In this document: piece after piece, positions 49,682-63,485 of the stretch
How the letters are laid out: each line of letters opens with the position of its first letter
Position numbering within the stretch: position 1 is the first letter of the stretch
From: Candidatus Aminicenantes bacterium
Lineage (GTDB): Bacteria > Acidobacteriota > Aminicenantia > UBA2199
Direction of reading: 5' to 3'
NCBI GenBank assembly: GCA_963822075.1
Contig: CAWGGP010000001.1
Location: 83,328 to 147,327 of the forward strand
DNA length: 64,000 nt
The notes under the pieces: model-generated
The model's input: the letters and a program-made list of their open reading frames with translations, nothing else
What the model was told of the DNA's origin: nothing
Databases searched by the model: none
Program-made: the position numbers and the translations under genes

Positions 49682-50436
49682 TTTCCCATCATCTCCTTGG
49701 CCAAAGACAAATACGCCCGGGCCCCGACCGATTTGATGTCATACAGCTGAATGGGCTTGCCGAAACTCGGGGCCTCAGACAGGCGGATGTTCCGCGCGAT
49801 CACCGTATCATATACCTTGGACTTGAAATAATTCCTCAATTCGTCCTCGATCTGCCGGGAAAGGTTGGTCCTCTCGTCATACATGGTCAGCAGCACGCCC
49901 TTGATCTCCAGGATGGGGTTGAAATTCTCCTTGATGCGGTTGATGGTGTTCATCAGGTCCGACAACCCTTCCAGGGCATAATACTCGGCCTGGATGGGGA
50001 TCAGCACGTTGTGCGCCGCGGTCAGGGCGTTGATCGTCAGCAGGCCCAGGGATGGCGGCAGGTCCATCACGATGTAGGCGAACTCGTCCCCCAGTTCGAG
50101 AAGCACGTTCTTCAAATACAGGTGGTTGTCGTCCTCGGAGACCGACTCCAATTCAAAACGGGCCAGGTTGCGCATGGAGGGCACCAGGCTGAGATACTTC
50201 AGCTCCGTGCCGATGATGGCCTCGCGGATGCGGACTTCCCCGGTCAAGACCGAATAAATGTCCTTGCGCAGGGAATTCTTGTCGATGCCCAGGCCGGTCG
50301 TGGCGTTGGCCTGCGGGTCCAGGTCGATCAGCAGCACGTTCTTCTCGGCGATGGCCAGGGCGGCGGATAAATTGACCGCGGTGGTGGTTTTGCCGACGCC
50401 GCCTTTCTGGTTGGCAACAGCTATGATTTCACCCAT
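49678..50436 (-). CDS. parA: ParA/Soj partition ATPase
   Basis: Deviant Walker A NQKGGVGKTTTAVNL. 252 aa. 4-nt overlap with parB. Confidence 0.92.
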   Translation of the reverse strand: MGEIIAVANQKGGVGKTTTAVNLSAALAIAEKNVLLIDLDPQANATTGLGIDKNSLRKDIYSVLTGEVRIREAIIGTELKYLSLVPSMRNLARFELESVSEDDNHLYLKNVLLELGDEFAYIVMDLPPSLGLLTINALTAAHNVLIPIQAEYYALEGLSDLMNTINRIKENFNPILEIKGVLLTMYDERTNLSRQIEDELRNYFKSKVYDTVIARNIRLSEAPSFGKPIQLYDIKSVGARAYLSLAKEMMGK

Positions 50437-50996
50437 TATTTTCTTGTTTCACGTGAAACATTCTCCAATTTATAAATGATCAGATTGTCTCTCGACGGGA
50501 TATTATAACGGTTTTGGCGAATATTTGCCACCTTGTTCTGAATTTTTTTGATTTTGTCGGCCGAAGAGATCAACAACAGTTCCCGCACCTTCCTTTTATA
50601 TACATATTCGGCCAGCGCCTCGATCCTGGGAAAACCCCGGGCGACCATGGTGCTGGCGAATTTTTCGTGGCGGTGCATGAATTCCTGCACCGGGCCCTCC
50701 CAGACCCTGGCGTTGTCCAGGGCCAGGTGCCGCAACGCCTCATTCAGGAACACGACCTTCTTGTGGATCGGTTCGACCAGGATGAAATTTTTCCCGGGCA
50801 GGGAGATGGCCAGGGGAATGCCCAGCAGGCCGCCGCCGCTGCCGGCGTCGATCACCAGGGGAGAAGAGACAAGATCTTGCAGCAGCAGGGTTTCCCGGAT
50901 CAGGGCGTCCAGCGCTTCGCGGGTCGAGCGCCGGGAAACGAGATTGACCTTCTGGTTGTAGGCCAATAAAAAATCGCTGAAGTCGTCCATTTTCAT
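50436..50996 (-). CDS. rsmG: 16S rRNA (guanine527-N7)-methyltransferase
   Basis: SAM motif VIDAGSGGGLLGIPLAI. Start set at the ATG at 50996 (MKMDDF), preceded by AAGGAG. The longer ORF-track start at 51086 would read through the upstream parS. Confidence 0.82.
   Translation of the reverse strand: MKMDDFSDFLLAYNQKVNLVSRRSTREALDALIRETLLLQDLVSSPLVIDAGSGGGLLGIPLAISLPGKNFILVEPIHKKVVFLNEALRHLALDNARVWEGPVQEFMHRHEKFASTMVARGFPRIEALAEYVYKRKVRELLLISSADKIKKIQNKVANIRQNRYNIPSRDNLIIYKLENVSRETRK
50444..50459. other. parS centromere-like site (perfect 16-bp palindrome)
   Basis: TGTTTCACGTGAAACA equals the canonical parS consensus. It sits in the last codons of rsmG, 8 nt upstream of parA. Confidence 0.85.
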
Positions 50997-51053
50997 CAGC
51001 TGTTTCTCCTTGCGAAGCCGCGCTTCGGGGCCGGCGGGAAGATCGGCGGCCAA

Positions 51054-51069
51054 TGTTTCACGTGAAACA
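51054..51069. other. parS centromere-like site (second perfect copy)
   Basis: TGTTTCACGTGAAACA, upstream of rsmG. Confidence 0.85.
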
Positions 51070-51089
51070 TTGCCCTGAAAGACCATTTT

Positions 51090-51254
51090 TTATTGCCGGC
51101 TTTTAATAAAAACAAAATAAACCGCGGAGAGCAGCCAGATGGTCAGGACCAGGGGGACGAATTTGCCGAAGTCGACCAGCAAGAGAAAGGGACAGAACAA
51201 TACCAGAAGGATCACCACGATCGCCGAGATTTTTTTTACCAGGTTCTTGACCAA
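51090..51254 (-). CDS. possible small two-helix membrane protein (weak call)
   Basis: TTG at 51254, just after the glnA stop, opens LVKNLVKKISAIVVILLVLFCPFLLLVDFGKFVPLVLTIWLLSAVYFVFIKSRQ. No recognisable motif or Shine-Dalgarno. Confidence 0.3.
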   Translation of the reverse strand: MVKNLVKKISAIVVILLVLFCPFLLLVDFGKFVPLVLTIWLLSAVYFVFIKSRQ

Positions 51255-51256
51255 GG

Positions 51257-52645
51257 TCAGAAATTGAAATACATCTCGAATTCTTTCGGGTGCGGGATGC
51301 GGGATATTTCGTCGATCTCGGCCCTTTTGATCTTCAGCCACTGCTGGATGAGCGCCTCGTCGAACACGTTGTCGTAGCGCAAGTATTCGAAGTCCTTTTC
51401 CAGGCAATCCAGCGCTTCGGATAAATTATCCGGCAGCAGCTTGATCTTGTTCTTGAACACCTTGGCATCCGGGATGCCGCCGTCAAAGGGACCGAAGTTG
51501 AACTTCTCGGGCGACAGGTTTTTAAAGACCCCGTCGATCCCCGACAGCAGCATGGCCGACAGGAACAGGTACGGGTTCGCCGCGGCATCCCCGGGACGAT
51601 ATTCGAGCCGGGTCTCGTTCTCGTTGACGTACGCCGGGATACGGATGGCCGCGTTGCGGTTCGACGTGGCGAAGATGGCCGAAACCGGCGCCTCGAACCC
51701 CCGCACCAGCCTTTTGTAGGAATTGGTCGACGGGTTGGAAAACGCGCTCAGCGATCCCGAATGGAAGAGGAGCCCGGAGAGGTAATGCAGGCCGATGTCG
51801 GAAAAGTTGGCATAATTGCCTTTTTTCAGGAAAACATTCGCCTCTTTGTTCATGATGAACTGGTGAACGTGCCAGCCGTTGCCGGCCTTGCCGAAGAACG
51901 GCTTGGGCATGAACGTCACGAAGAGGTTGTTTTTTTTGGCCAAATTGAACAGGATGTATTTGATGATCGCGGCCTGGTCGGCCGTTTTGAGCAGCGTGTT
52001 GAACTTGGTCTCGATCTCATGCTGGTTCACGGCCACTTCGTGATGGTGATACTTGATCTCGATGCCCAGCTGCTGCAGCAGGGCCACCGCTTCATTCTTG
52101 AAGTCCACGTACTCGTCCTCGGGCGAGCCGACATGGTACTGGTTGCCCTTGGCTTCGCTGTCTTTTTTCAGGAAATAGTAATTCCCGTCTTCAAACACGC
52201 CGAATTCGGCCTCCTTGAAGATAAAAAATTCGAATTCCGGGCCGAAAAGGGCACGGGAACCGATCTTTGACTTGGCCAGGGCCTCTTCGGCCTTGCGCGC
52301 CACGAAGCGGGGATCCTCGGAAAAACGCGTTCGCCCCGGATCGGTCAAGTGGATATTGGCCATGAAGATCGCCGTTTTCCTTTCCCGGAAGGGATCGATG
52401 ACCATGGTTTCCAGGTCGGGGATCATGACCATGTCGCTTTTTTCGGGCTTGGCGAAGCCGTAGGAAGAAGCATCGAAACCCACTCCGCCGCTGATCAGCT
52501 TTTCATCCAGCATGGAGCTGGGGAGAAGGAGGGAGTGAAGTTTCCCCTTCAGGTCAAGGGTCTTTAAATCTATGAATTCGACCTGCTGTTCCTTGAACTC
52601 TCGCTGCCTGTTGATGAGCATGGTTTTTTCTTTCATGCTTGCCAT
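51257..52645 (-). CDS. glnA: glutamine synthetase (type I-like); true start may be the second ATG at 52636
   Basis: About 460 aa, with N-terminal beta-grasp and catalytic-domain motifs (FGPEFEFF, HHHEVAVNQHEI, FMPKPFFGKAGNGWHVHQ, NSYKRLVRGFEAP). Confidence 0.88.
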   Translation of the reverse strand: MASMKEKTMLINRQREFKEQQVEFIDLKTLDLKGKLHSLLLPSSMLDEKLISGGVGFDASSYGFAKPEKSDMVMIPDLETMVIDPFRERKTAIFMANIHLTDPGRTRFSEDPRFVARKAEEALAKSKIGSRALFGPEFEFFIFKEAEFGVFEDGNYYFLKKDSEAKGNQYHVGSPEDEYVDFKNEAVALLQQLGIEIKYHHHEVAVNQHEIETKFNTLLKTADQAAIIKYILFNLAKKNNLFVTFMPKPFFGKAGNGWHVHQFIMNKEANVFLKKGNYANFSDIGLHYLSGLLFHSGSLSAFSNPSTNSYKRLVRGFEAPVSAIFATSNRNAAIRIPAYVNENETRLEYRPGDAAANPYLFLSAMLLSGIDGVFKNLSPEKFNFGPFDGGIPDAKVFKNKIKLLPDNLSEALDCLEKDFEYLRYDNVFDEALIQQWLKIKRAEIDEISRIPHPKEFEMYFNF

Positions 52646-52671
52646 ATAACCAAAAATATTTTTTTTGTCAA
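52643..52671 (-). promoter_or_regulatory. candidate glnA promoter, leaderless geometry
   Basis: Minus strand reads TTGACA-17 nt-TATATG. The -10 overlaps the first ATG (52645), and 6 nt later lies the in-frame ATG at 52636. Confidence 0.45.
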
Positions 52672-52674
52672 GGC

Positions 52675-52703
52675 TTGACAGCCAGGGCTTTTTCTTCTAC
52701 CAT
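52675..52703 (+). promoter_or_regulatory. candidate dnaA promoter
   Basis: TTGACA-17 nt-TACCAT. Its -35 is one arm of the palindrome TGTCAAGGCTTGACA (52666-52680), shared with the divergent glnA promoter. Confidence 0.45.
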
Positions 52704-52744
52704 GCAACGGATGCATTGATAAGAAGAGATGGAAATGGAGTTAT

Positions 52745-52776
52745 TTTTCCACATTTGTTAAAAATTTTGTGGAAAA
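52745..52776. promoter_or_regulatory. inverted pair of DnaA-box-like 9-mers in the dnaA leader
   Basis: TTTTCCACA (52745-52753) and TGTGGAAAA (52768-52776). Each is one mismatch from TTATCCACA. Confidence 0.55.
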
Positions 52777-52781
52777 AGGTG

Positions 52782-54122
52782 ATGGCGATGGACAATCTGG
52801 AAAAACTGAAAACCTACTTGCAAAGTGTTTTGGACGAGCCGTCGATAAAAAAATGGATCGAACCGCTGAAATATATCGGCTCCCTGGACAACACGCTTTT
52901 TCTCGGCGCCCCGGAGAAAAAGAACCTGCTCTGGATCAAGCAGAACCTGCTGGAAGACATCAACAATTACACGAAGAAGAATTTCAATTTCGTCACCAAG
53001 ATCGTCCCCCTGGGCGAAGAGGATTTCGTCCAGGAAGCGCCGGATGCGGCCCGGAAGTCGGCGAGCCTCGATTCGCGCCTGCAGAAAAAGTACACGTTCG
53101 ATTCGCTGGTGCAGAGCGATTCCAACCGCATCGCTTATTCCTTTTCCTACAGCGTATCCGAGTTCCCGGGAAAATCCTACAACCCGCTTTACATTTACAG
53201 CGATGTCGGCCTGGGCAAAACGCATTTGATGCAGGCGATCGGCAACCGCATCATCGAGAACAACGACAAGATCAACGTGGTTTACCTGACCACGAGCGAT
53301 TTCATGAATGAATACGTGGAATACACCCGCCTGAACAAGCGTTCCGATTTCATCAAGAAATACACGTCGGTCGACGTGCTGCTGATCGATGATATCCAAT
53401 ATATCACCAAGTGGGGCGGCACCAGCGAACAATTCTACTACATCTTCAACAACCTGATCCAGCAGGAAAAGCAGATCGTCATCTGCTCGGACAAGCATCC
53501 GGACAACATGCCCGACCTGGAAAAAAGGATCAAATCCCGGTTCGAAATGGGAGCCATCGTCGATATCTTTCCCTACGACCTGGAAGCGCGCATCGCCATC
53601 CTGCAGAAAAAGATCGCCGAGAGGAAGAACATCTATCACAACGATTTTTCCATTCCCAACGAGGTCATCGAATTCCTGGCCAATTCCATCAAGGACAACA
53701 TCCGCAAACTGGAAGGGGCCTTGAACCGGCTGCTGGGATACGCCGACCTGAAACACGCCGACCTGCAATCGGCCATGATCACGCTGCCTTTCGCCAAGGA
53801 AGCGCTGCGGCCTTATATCAATATCGAAAAAAAGATCATCACCATCGACACCATCCAGGAGTTCGTCTCGGAAAAATTCGACATCAAGATCGATGAATTG
53901 AAATCGAAAAACAATTCTCCCAAGATCGCCCTGCCCAGGCAGGTCGCCATGTACCTGGCCAAAAAGCTGACGCGCAGCCCGCTGGTCGAGATCGGCGCGG
54001 CTTTCGGAGGCAAGCACCACACCACCGTTCTGCACTCCATAAACAAGATCGAAAAATTGCTGCAGGCCGACACCGACTTTTCCAGAAAAGTGAATTCCTA
54101 TGTTGAATTTTTTACCGATTGA
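52782..54122 (+). CDS. dnaA: chromosomal replication initiator protein DnaA
   Basis: Walker A SDVGLGKTHLMQAIGN, box VII region, and C-terminal DNA-binding GGKHHTTVLHSINKI. Start at the ATG at 52782 (MAMDNLEK). Confidence 0.93.
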   Translation: MAMDNLEKLKTYLQSVLDEPSIKKWIEPLKYIGSLDNTLFLGAPEKKNLLWIKQNLLEDINNYTKKNFNFVTKIVPLGEEDFVQEAPDAARKSASLDSRLQKKYTFDSLVQSDSNRIAYSFSYSVSEFPGKSYNPLYIYSDVGLGKTHLMQAIGNRIIENNDKINVVYLTTSDFMNEYVEYTRLNKRSDFIKKYTSVDVLLIDDIQYITKWGGTSEQFYYIFNNLIQQEKQIVICSDKHPDNMPDLEKRIKSRFEMGAIVDIFPYDLEARIAILQKKIAERKNIYHNDFSIPNEVIEFLANSIKDNIRKLEGALNRLLGYADLKHADLQSAMITLPFAKEALRPYINIEKKIITIDTIQEFVSEKFDIKIDELKSKNNSPKIALPRQVAMYLAKKLTRSPLVEIGAAFGGKHHTTVLHSINKIEKLLQADTDFSRKVNSYVEFFTD

Positions 54123-54277
54123 TGTTTCCCACAATATTCACAACTTATCAACAGAAAGAAAACGGGGAAGATCGTTGTCGGCAAAAAGGCGAAGCACGTT
54201 ATCCACTTTTTTCTATTGCTTGTTTTTGTTATTTTTATTATGATGATATTTAATTAAAAAATGAAGGCAGGTCAAAT
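54123..54277. other. candidate oriC segment (DnaA boxes plus AT-rich unwinding-like stretch)
   Basis: TTTCCCACA (54125-54133), TTATCAACA (54145-54153) and TTATCCACT (54199-54207). These are followed by TTTTTTCTATTGCTTGTTTTTGTTATTTTTATTATGATGATATTTAATTAAAAAA (about 54207-54262). Confidence 0.55.
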
Positions 54278-55381
54278 ATGAAAATTTTTGTGGAAAAAGC
54301 CAAGCTCGAAAATGAGTTGCGTTTGTTTCAGGGCATATTTGAAAAAAAGGCCATCATGGAAATCCTGCAGAATATCAAGCTTACCGCGCTGGATGGCGGG
54401 ATCCTGGAAATGGTGGCCACCGACCTGGAGATCGGCCTGACCGCCAATATCCAGGTGGACATCAAGAACCCGGGTTCTTTCACGGTCAACGGCAAAGACC
54501 TGTACGATCTGGTATCCAAGATGCCGGAAGGCAGCATTGAGATCTCGGAGGACAACGACCTGCAGATCCTGATCACCAACGAGAAAAAAACCTGCAAGTA
54601 CAAGATGCTGGGTCTGCAGTCGTCCGATTATCCCGAATTGCCCGTGAACGACATGGCCAACGCCCTCACCCTCTCCCTGGCCGATTTTCAGGCCATGATC
54701 AACAATTGCTATTATGTGATCTCCCCGGAACTGAAATTCAACCTGGGCGGCGCCCTGATGACCATCTCCAAAAACAAGCTGGAAATGGCCGCCACGGACG
54801 GCCATCGGCTGGCGTATTCCTTTTTCAACGCCGATACCTCGGTCACCGACCCGGTGGAATACATCCTTTCCCGGAAAACGTTGCTCGAGGTCCTGAAGAT
54901 CGGCAACGCCGGGGAGATCGAATTCGCCTTCGACAATAACAATCTTTTTTTCAAGCACAAAAACCGCATCCTCTGTTCGCGGATCGTCGACCAGAAATTC
55001 CCCAATTACAAGACGGTCATCCCGGAAAAGACCGAACAAACCGCCGTGGTGAAGACCGAGGAATTGCTCCAGACCCTGCGGCGCATCCTGATCTTCAAGA
55101 CACGCAACAACGGGGTGTTGTTCAAATTTTCCAAGAACAAGCTGGTCCTGGAAAGGACGACCCCCGAAAAGGGCGAAGGCTACGACGAGATCGCCGTCGA
55201 ATACGGCGGCAAGGCCGTCAGCGTCGGCTTCAACGGAAATTTCATCCTCGATTTCCTGACGCACATCAATTCTGAAAAAATCGGCATCGGCCTGAACGAC
55301 AGCGAGAGCTCCTTCCTGTTCAAGCCCATGGACGGCAGCGGTGCCCACTTCATCTACATTGTCATGCCCTTGAACATCTGA
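54278..55381 (+). CDS. dnaN: DNA polymerase III beta sliding clamp
   Basis: 367 aa in the canonical position after dnaA. Clamp-typical segments are present (ATDGHRLA, ...MPLNI end). Confidence 0.9.
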   Translation: MKIFVEKAKLENELRLFQGIFEKKAIMEILQNIKLTALDGGILEMVATDLEIGLTANIQVDIKNPGSFTVNGKDLYDLVSKMPEGSIEISEDNDLQILITNEKKTCKYKMLGLQSSDYPELPVNDMANALTLSLADFQAMINNCYYVISPELKFNLGGALMTISKNKLEMAATDGHRLAYSFFNADTSVTDPVEYILSRKTLLEVLKIGNAGEIEFAFDNNNLFFKHKNRILCSRIVDQKFPNYKTVIPEKTEQTAVVKTEELLQTLRRILIFKTRNNGVLFKFSKNKLVLERTTPEKGEGYDEIAVEYGGKAVSVGFNGNFILDFLTHINSEKIGIGLNDSESSFLFKPMDGSGAHFIYIVMPLNI

Positions 55382-55388
55382 TCTTTGC

Positions 55389-56426
55389 TTGCTAGTAAAA
55401 AAGTTAGAAATTAACGGCTTCAGGAACTTAAAGAACTTTTCCCTGCGGTTCAGCGAGGGAAAAAATTTGCTCTTCGGCGTCAACGGCAGCGGCAAGACCT
55501 CCATCCTCGAAGCCCTTTTCCTGCTCGGTTTCGGCAAGTCCTTCCTGCCGGTCAGCAAGAAGGAACTGGTCAATTTCGATGCGCCCGGGTTTTTTCTTAA
55601 CGCCGAGGTGCTCAATAAATCAGGAGAAAACAGCTTGACGGCCTGCATGGAAAAAAGCTTTTCCCTGCAGGTGAACGGGGAACGATCCCCCCTGGCCCAG
55701 GTCAGCCAATACCTCTATCCCCTTTTCTTTTCCCACTTCAATTACAGCTATCACAGCGACAACGTCCCCTATTTCAGGAAAGTGGTCGACCGCTTCATCT
55801 ATGGCCTGGGTTCCCTTTACTTACATGACGTTTTGCGCTATAATACCATTTTAAAACAGAAGAATTATCTGCTAAAAAATTTGGGAAAAACGATCAATAA
55901 TTCAGAGCTGAACAGTTGGAATACACTTTTGGCCGAAACGGGATGCACCATCGTTAAAAAAAGAATGTCGTTCATCGACCGGCTGAACCAGGCGACCAGT
56001 GAATTGTTCGGGCCGGAGCTCAAGATCAACTATTATCCCGCCCTGCTGAACGTCCAGGCGCTATCGGCAACGGACATGCTGCACGACCTGGAGCAGGTCC
56101 AGCCTGCGGAAATCAGGGCCCGGCGTTCCCTGCTCGGCCCGCAGCGGGACCGCTTCGATATCCTGTTCGCCGGCAAAAAACTGCAGCTCTCCTCTTCCGG
56201 GGAGAAGAAGAAGTACCTGATCATGGTCTACGTGGCTTTCATCGAACTGTTCCGCCAGGCGCGGAACGACTATCCCGTTTTTTTGCTCGACGATTACGAC
56301 GCGGCCATGGATGAACGGAACCTGGAGTACGTGCTGGAGCATTTCCCGGCCATGCAGGTCATCGCCACCTCGGTGGCCAGGAACGATCAATTCGGGCATT
56401 TGTTCGAACTCAAAAAGGAGAATTAA
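55389..56426 (+). CDS. recF: DNA replication and repair protein RecF
   Basis: LEINGFRNL and Walker A GVNGSGKTSILEA. C-terminal SSGEKK signature and LLDDYDAAMD. TTG start. Confidence 0.88.
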   Translation: MLVKKLEINGFRNLKNFSLRFSEGKNLLFGVNGSGKTSILEALFLLGFGKSFLPVSKKELVNFDAPGFFLNAEVLNKSGENSLTACMEKSFSLQVNGERSPLAQVSQYLYPLFFSHFNYSYHSDNVPYFRKVVDRFIYGLGSLYLHDVLRYNTILKQKNYLLKNLGKTINNSELNSWNTLLAETGCTIVKKRMSFIDRLNQATSELFGPELKINYYPALLNVQALSATDMLHDLEQVQPAEIRARRSLLGPQRDRFDILFAGKKLQLSSSGEKKKYLIMVYVAFIELFRQARNDYPVFLLDDYDAAMDERNLEYVLEHFPAMQVIATSVARNDQFGHLFELKKEN

Positions 56427-56428
56427 CC

Positions 56429-58843
<2,415 letters not shown>

Positions 58844-58854
58844 AGGAACCAGCC

Positions 58855-61311
<2,457 letters not shown>

Positions 61312-62088
61312 TCAGGGCCGCAGGCGCCGGAAATTATTGCTGATCTGTGTCAGCAGGCCGGGGATGGGGATCTCCTTTATCTCCGCGATCTTTTCCACCA
61401 CCCGCACCACGGACAGCGGCGTGTTGGTCCGGCCGCGGTCGGGTTCGGGAGACAGATAGGGGGAGTCGGTCTCGCTGAGCAGCCGCTCGAGCGGCGTGGC
61501 CGCGACCACGGCGCGAAGTTCATCCGCTTTTTTGAAGGTGATGATGCCGGAAAACGACAGGAAGTACCCCCGGCCGCAGATCTCGGCCGCGTTGGCGGCG
61601 TCGCCGGTGTAGCAATGAAACACGACCTGCGCGCTGAATTTCTCCTGGTCCAGGATCTTCAGCACCAGCGTTTCCGCCTTTCGCGAATGGATGACCAGCG
61701 GCAGCGAGCGCTCGCGGGCGATGGCCACCTGTCTCCTGAAGACCGCTTCCTGGTTCTCGCGCCGGGAAAGGTCGTAATGAAAATCAAGGCCCACCTCGCC
61801 CACCGCCAGGACGCGGGGATGGTCCAGGAAAGCGAGCAGCCGCTTCTCGATCTCCGGGGAATAGCCGTCGGCCTGGTGCGGATGGGCGCCGGCGCAGGCC
61901 GCGATGGCGTCATGGTAGTCGAGGATCTCCGCCGTCCGCTCCAGCGACGACTCCTGGTAGGGGTCGCCGACCGTGACCAGCCGGCTGAACCCGGCCTGGA
62001 AGCAGCGGTCGATGATGAGCCAGCGATCGTCGTCGAAGCAGGGATCGTCCAGGTGGCAGTGAAAATCGATATGTCCGGCTTGGTCCAT
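61312..62088 (-). CDS. TatD-family metal-dependent hydrolase
   Basis: HIDFHCHLD N-terminal motif and later ...ETDSPYL. Start trimmed to the ATG at 62088 (MDQAGH). The stop abuts the gyrA stop (TGATCA). Confidence 0.85.
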   Translation of the reverse strand: MDQAGHIDFHCHLDDPCFDDDRWLIIDRCFQAGFSRLVTVGDPYQESSLERTAEILDYHDAIAACAGAHPHQADGYSPEIEKRLLAFLDHPRVLAVGEVGLDFHYDLSRRENQEAVFRRQVAIARERSLPLVIHSRKAETLVLKILDQEKFSAQVVFHCYTGDAANAAEICGRGYFLSFSGIITFKKADELRAVVAATPLERLLSETDSPYLSPEPDRGRTNTPLSVVRVVEKIAEIKEIPIPGLLTQISNNFRRLRP

Positions 62089-62094
62089 GAGCGG

Positions 62095-62124
62095 ATTGTA
62101 ACGCAAAGCGCGGCCCATTGACAG
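62095..62124 (-). promoter_or_regulatory. candidate tatD promoter, leaderless geometry
   Basis: Minus strand reads CTGTCA-18 nt-TACAAT, then 6 nt to the ATG at 62088. Confidence 0.45.
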
Positions 62125-62160
62125 CCCGGCCGGCATTCCCGGACGTCGCCGCCGCCCGGG

Positions 62161-62189
62161 TTGACGGTGCCGGGGGGGAGTCGTATAAT
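62161..62189 (+). promoter_or_regulatory. candidate promoter of the GAF/HD-GYP gene
   Basis: TTGACG-17 nt-TATAAT, then 12 nt to the ATG at 62202 with no Shine-Dalgarno. Confidence 0.55.
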
Positions 62190-62201
62190 GCGGGAACAAT
62201 C

Positions 62202-63416
62202 ATGGTCAGCGGTCTAAATAAAAGCAAGGTAGCGGCGATATTGACGATCACCGAAGACCTTAACCAGATCAAGGACATCGATTCCCTTTTGGACAGGGTC
62301 CTGCTGGAGGCGCGGCGGTTTTCCCGGGCCGACGCCGGCTCGATCTATCTTCTGGAGAACCAGAAACTGCGCATCAACTACGTGCAGAACGACACCCTGA
62401 TCCAAAAGGAGAGCGGCAAGAAATTCCTCTATCAGAACCACGAGATCGCCATCAACGAAAAGTCCATGGCGGGCTACGTGGCCATGACCAAGAAGCCGCT
62501 GATCATCGCCGACGCCTACGGCATGGATGACCGCCTGCCCTATGGCTTCAACCGTTCTTTCGATGAGACCGCATGCTATCGAACGCGCTCGGTGCTGACC
62601 GTCCCGCTGGTGGCCAGCCAGAACCGGCTGATCGGGGTCATGCAGATCATCAATTCCCTCGACGAGGCAAAGGCGGTGGTGCCTTTCCGCAGCGAAGACG
62701 AGCTGGTGGTGGCCTATTTCGCCAATCACGCCGCCGGCAGCATCGAAAAGGCGAAAATGACCCGCGAGATCATCCTGCGCATGATCAGCATCGCCGAATT
62801 GCGCGATCCCGAAGAGACCGCCGCCCACGTCAATCGCGTCGGCGCCTATTCGATCGAGATCTATTCCAAATGGGCGGCGAACAACCGGGTGGCGGACGGC
62901 GAGATCAAAAAGGTCCGGGACGTCCTGCGCATCGCCGCCATGCTGCACGATGTCGGCAAGGTGGCGATCCCCGATTCCCTGTTGAAAAAGCGCGGCTCCC
63001 TGAACGGCGAGGAATACGGGCTGATGCAGCGCCATGCCATCCTGGGGGCCCGCCTCTTCAAGAATTCCACTTCGGATTGGGACGACATGGCCGCCGAGAT
63101 CGCCTTGAACCATCATGAAAAATGGGACGGCAGCGGCTATCCGGGGCAGGTCGACGACATCTTCCGGGACGACTGGCGGCCCGCGCCGGGGAAAAGGGGG
63201 AAGGAAATCCCCTTGTTCGCCCGCATCGTCGCCATTTCCGACGTCTATGACGCCCTGACATCGCACCGGGCCTACAAGGACAGCTGGCCGGAAGAGAACG
63301 TGACGCGCTATATCCGTGACCAGAAGGGGAAGCAATTCGACCCCGAGCTGGTCGACGTGTTCTTTTCGATCTATGACGTGATCCGGGCGATCAAGGGGAA
63401 ATACGATGACAACTGA
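62202..63416 (+). CDS. GAF-domain HD-GYP phosphohydrolase (putative c-di-GMP phosphodiesterase)
   Basis: N-terminal GAF-like region (ADAGSIYLLENQKL...LIGVMQIIN). HD-GYP hallmarks are AAMLHDVGKVAIPD and HHEKWDGSGYPG. Confidence 0.82.
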   Translation: MVSGLNKSKVAAILTITEDLNQIKDIDSLLDRVLLEARRFSRADAGSIYLLENQKLRINYVQNDTLIQKESGKKFLYQNHEIAINEKSMAGYVAMTKKPLIIADAYGMDDRLPYGFNRSFDETACYRTRSVLTVPLVASQNRLIGVMQIINSLDEAKAVVPFRSEDELVVAYFANHAAGSIEKAKMTREIILRMISIAELRDPEETAAHVNRVGAYSIEIYSKWAANNRVADGEIKKVRDVLRIAAMLHDVGKVAIPDSLLKKRGSLNGEEYGLMQRHAILGARLFKNSTSDWDDMAAEIALNHHEKWDGSGYPGQVDDIFRDDWRPAPGKRGKEIPLFARIVAISDVYDALTSHRAYKDSWPEENVTRYIRDQKGKQFDPELVDVFFSIYDVIRAIKGKYDDN

Positions 63417-63485
63417 ACCCGAGGCCAGGCGTCATGGCCAGGGTTCCGCGCGCTGAACCGCGGCCGCTCTCGACAGGAGGTTCAT

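Noticed and set aside
52758-55648. 458-aa minus-strand ORFs antisense to dnaA (52758-54134) and dnaN (54272-55648)
   Set aside because: No motifs and biased Asp/Val/Gly/Gln composition. The plus strand encodes unmistakable DnaA and DnaN.
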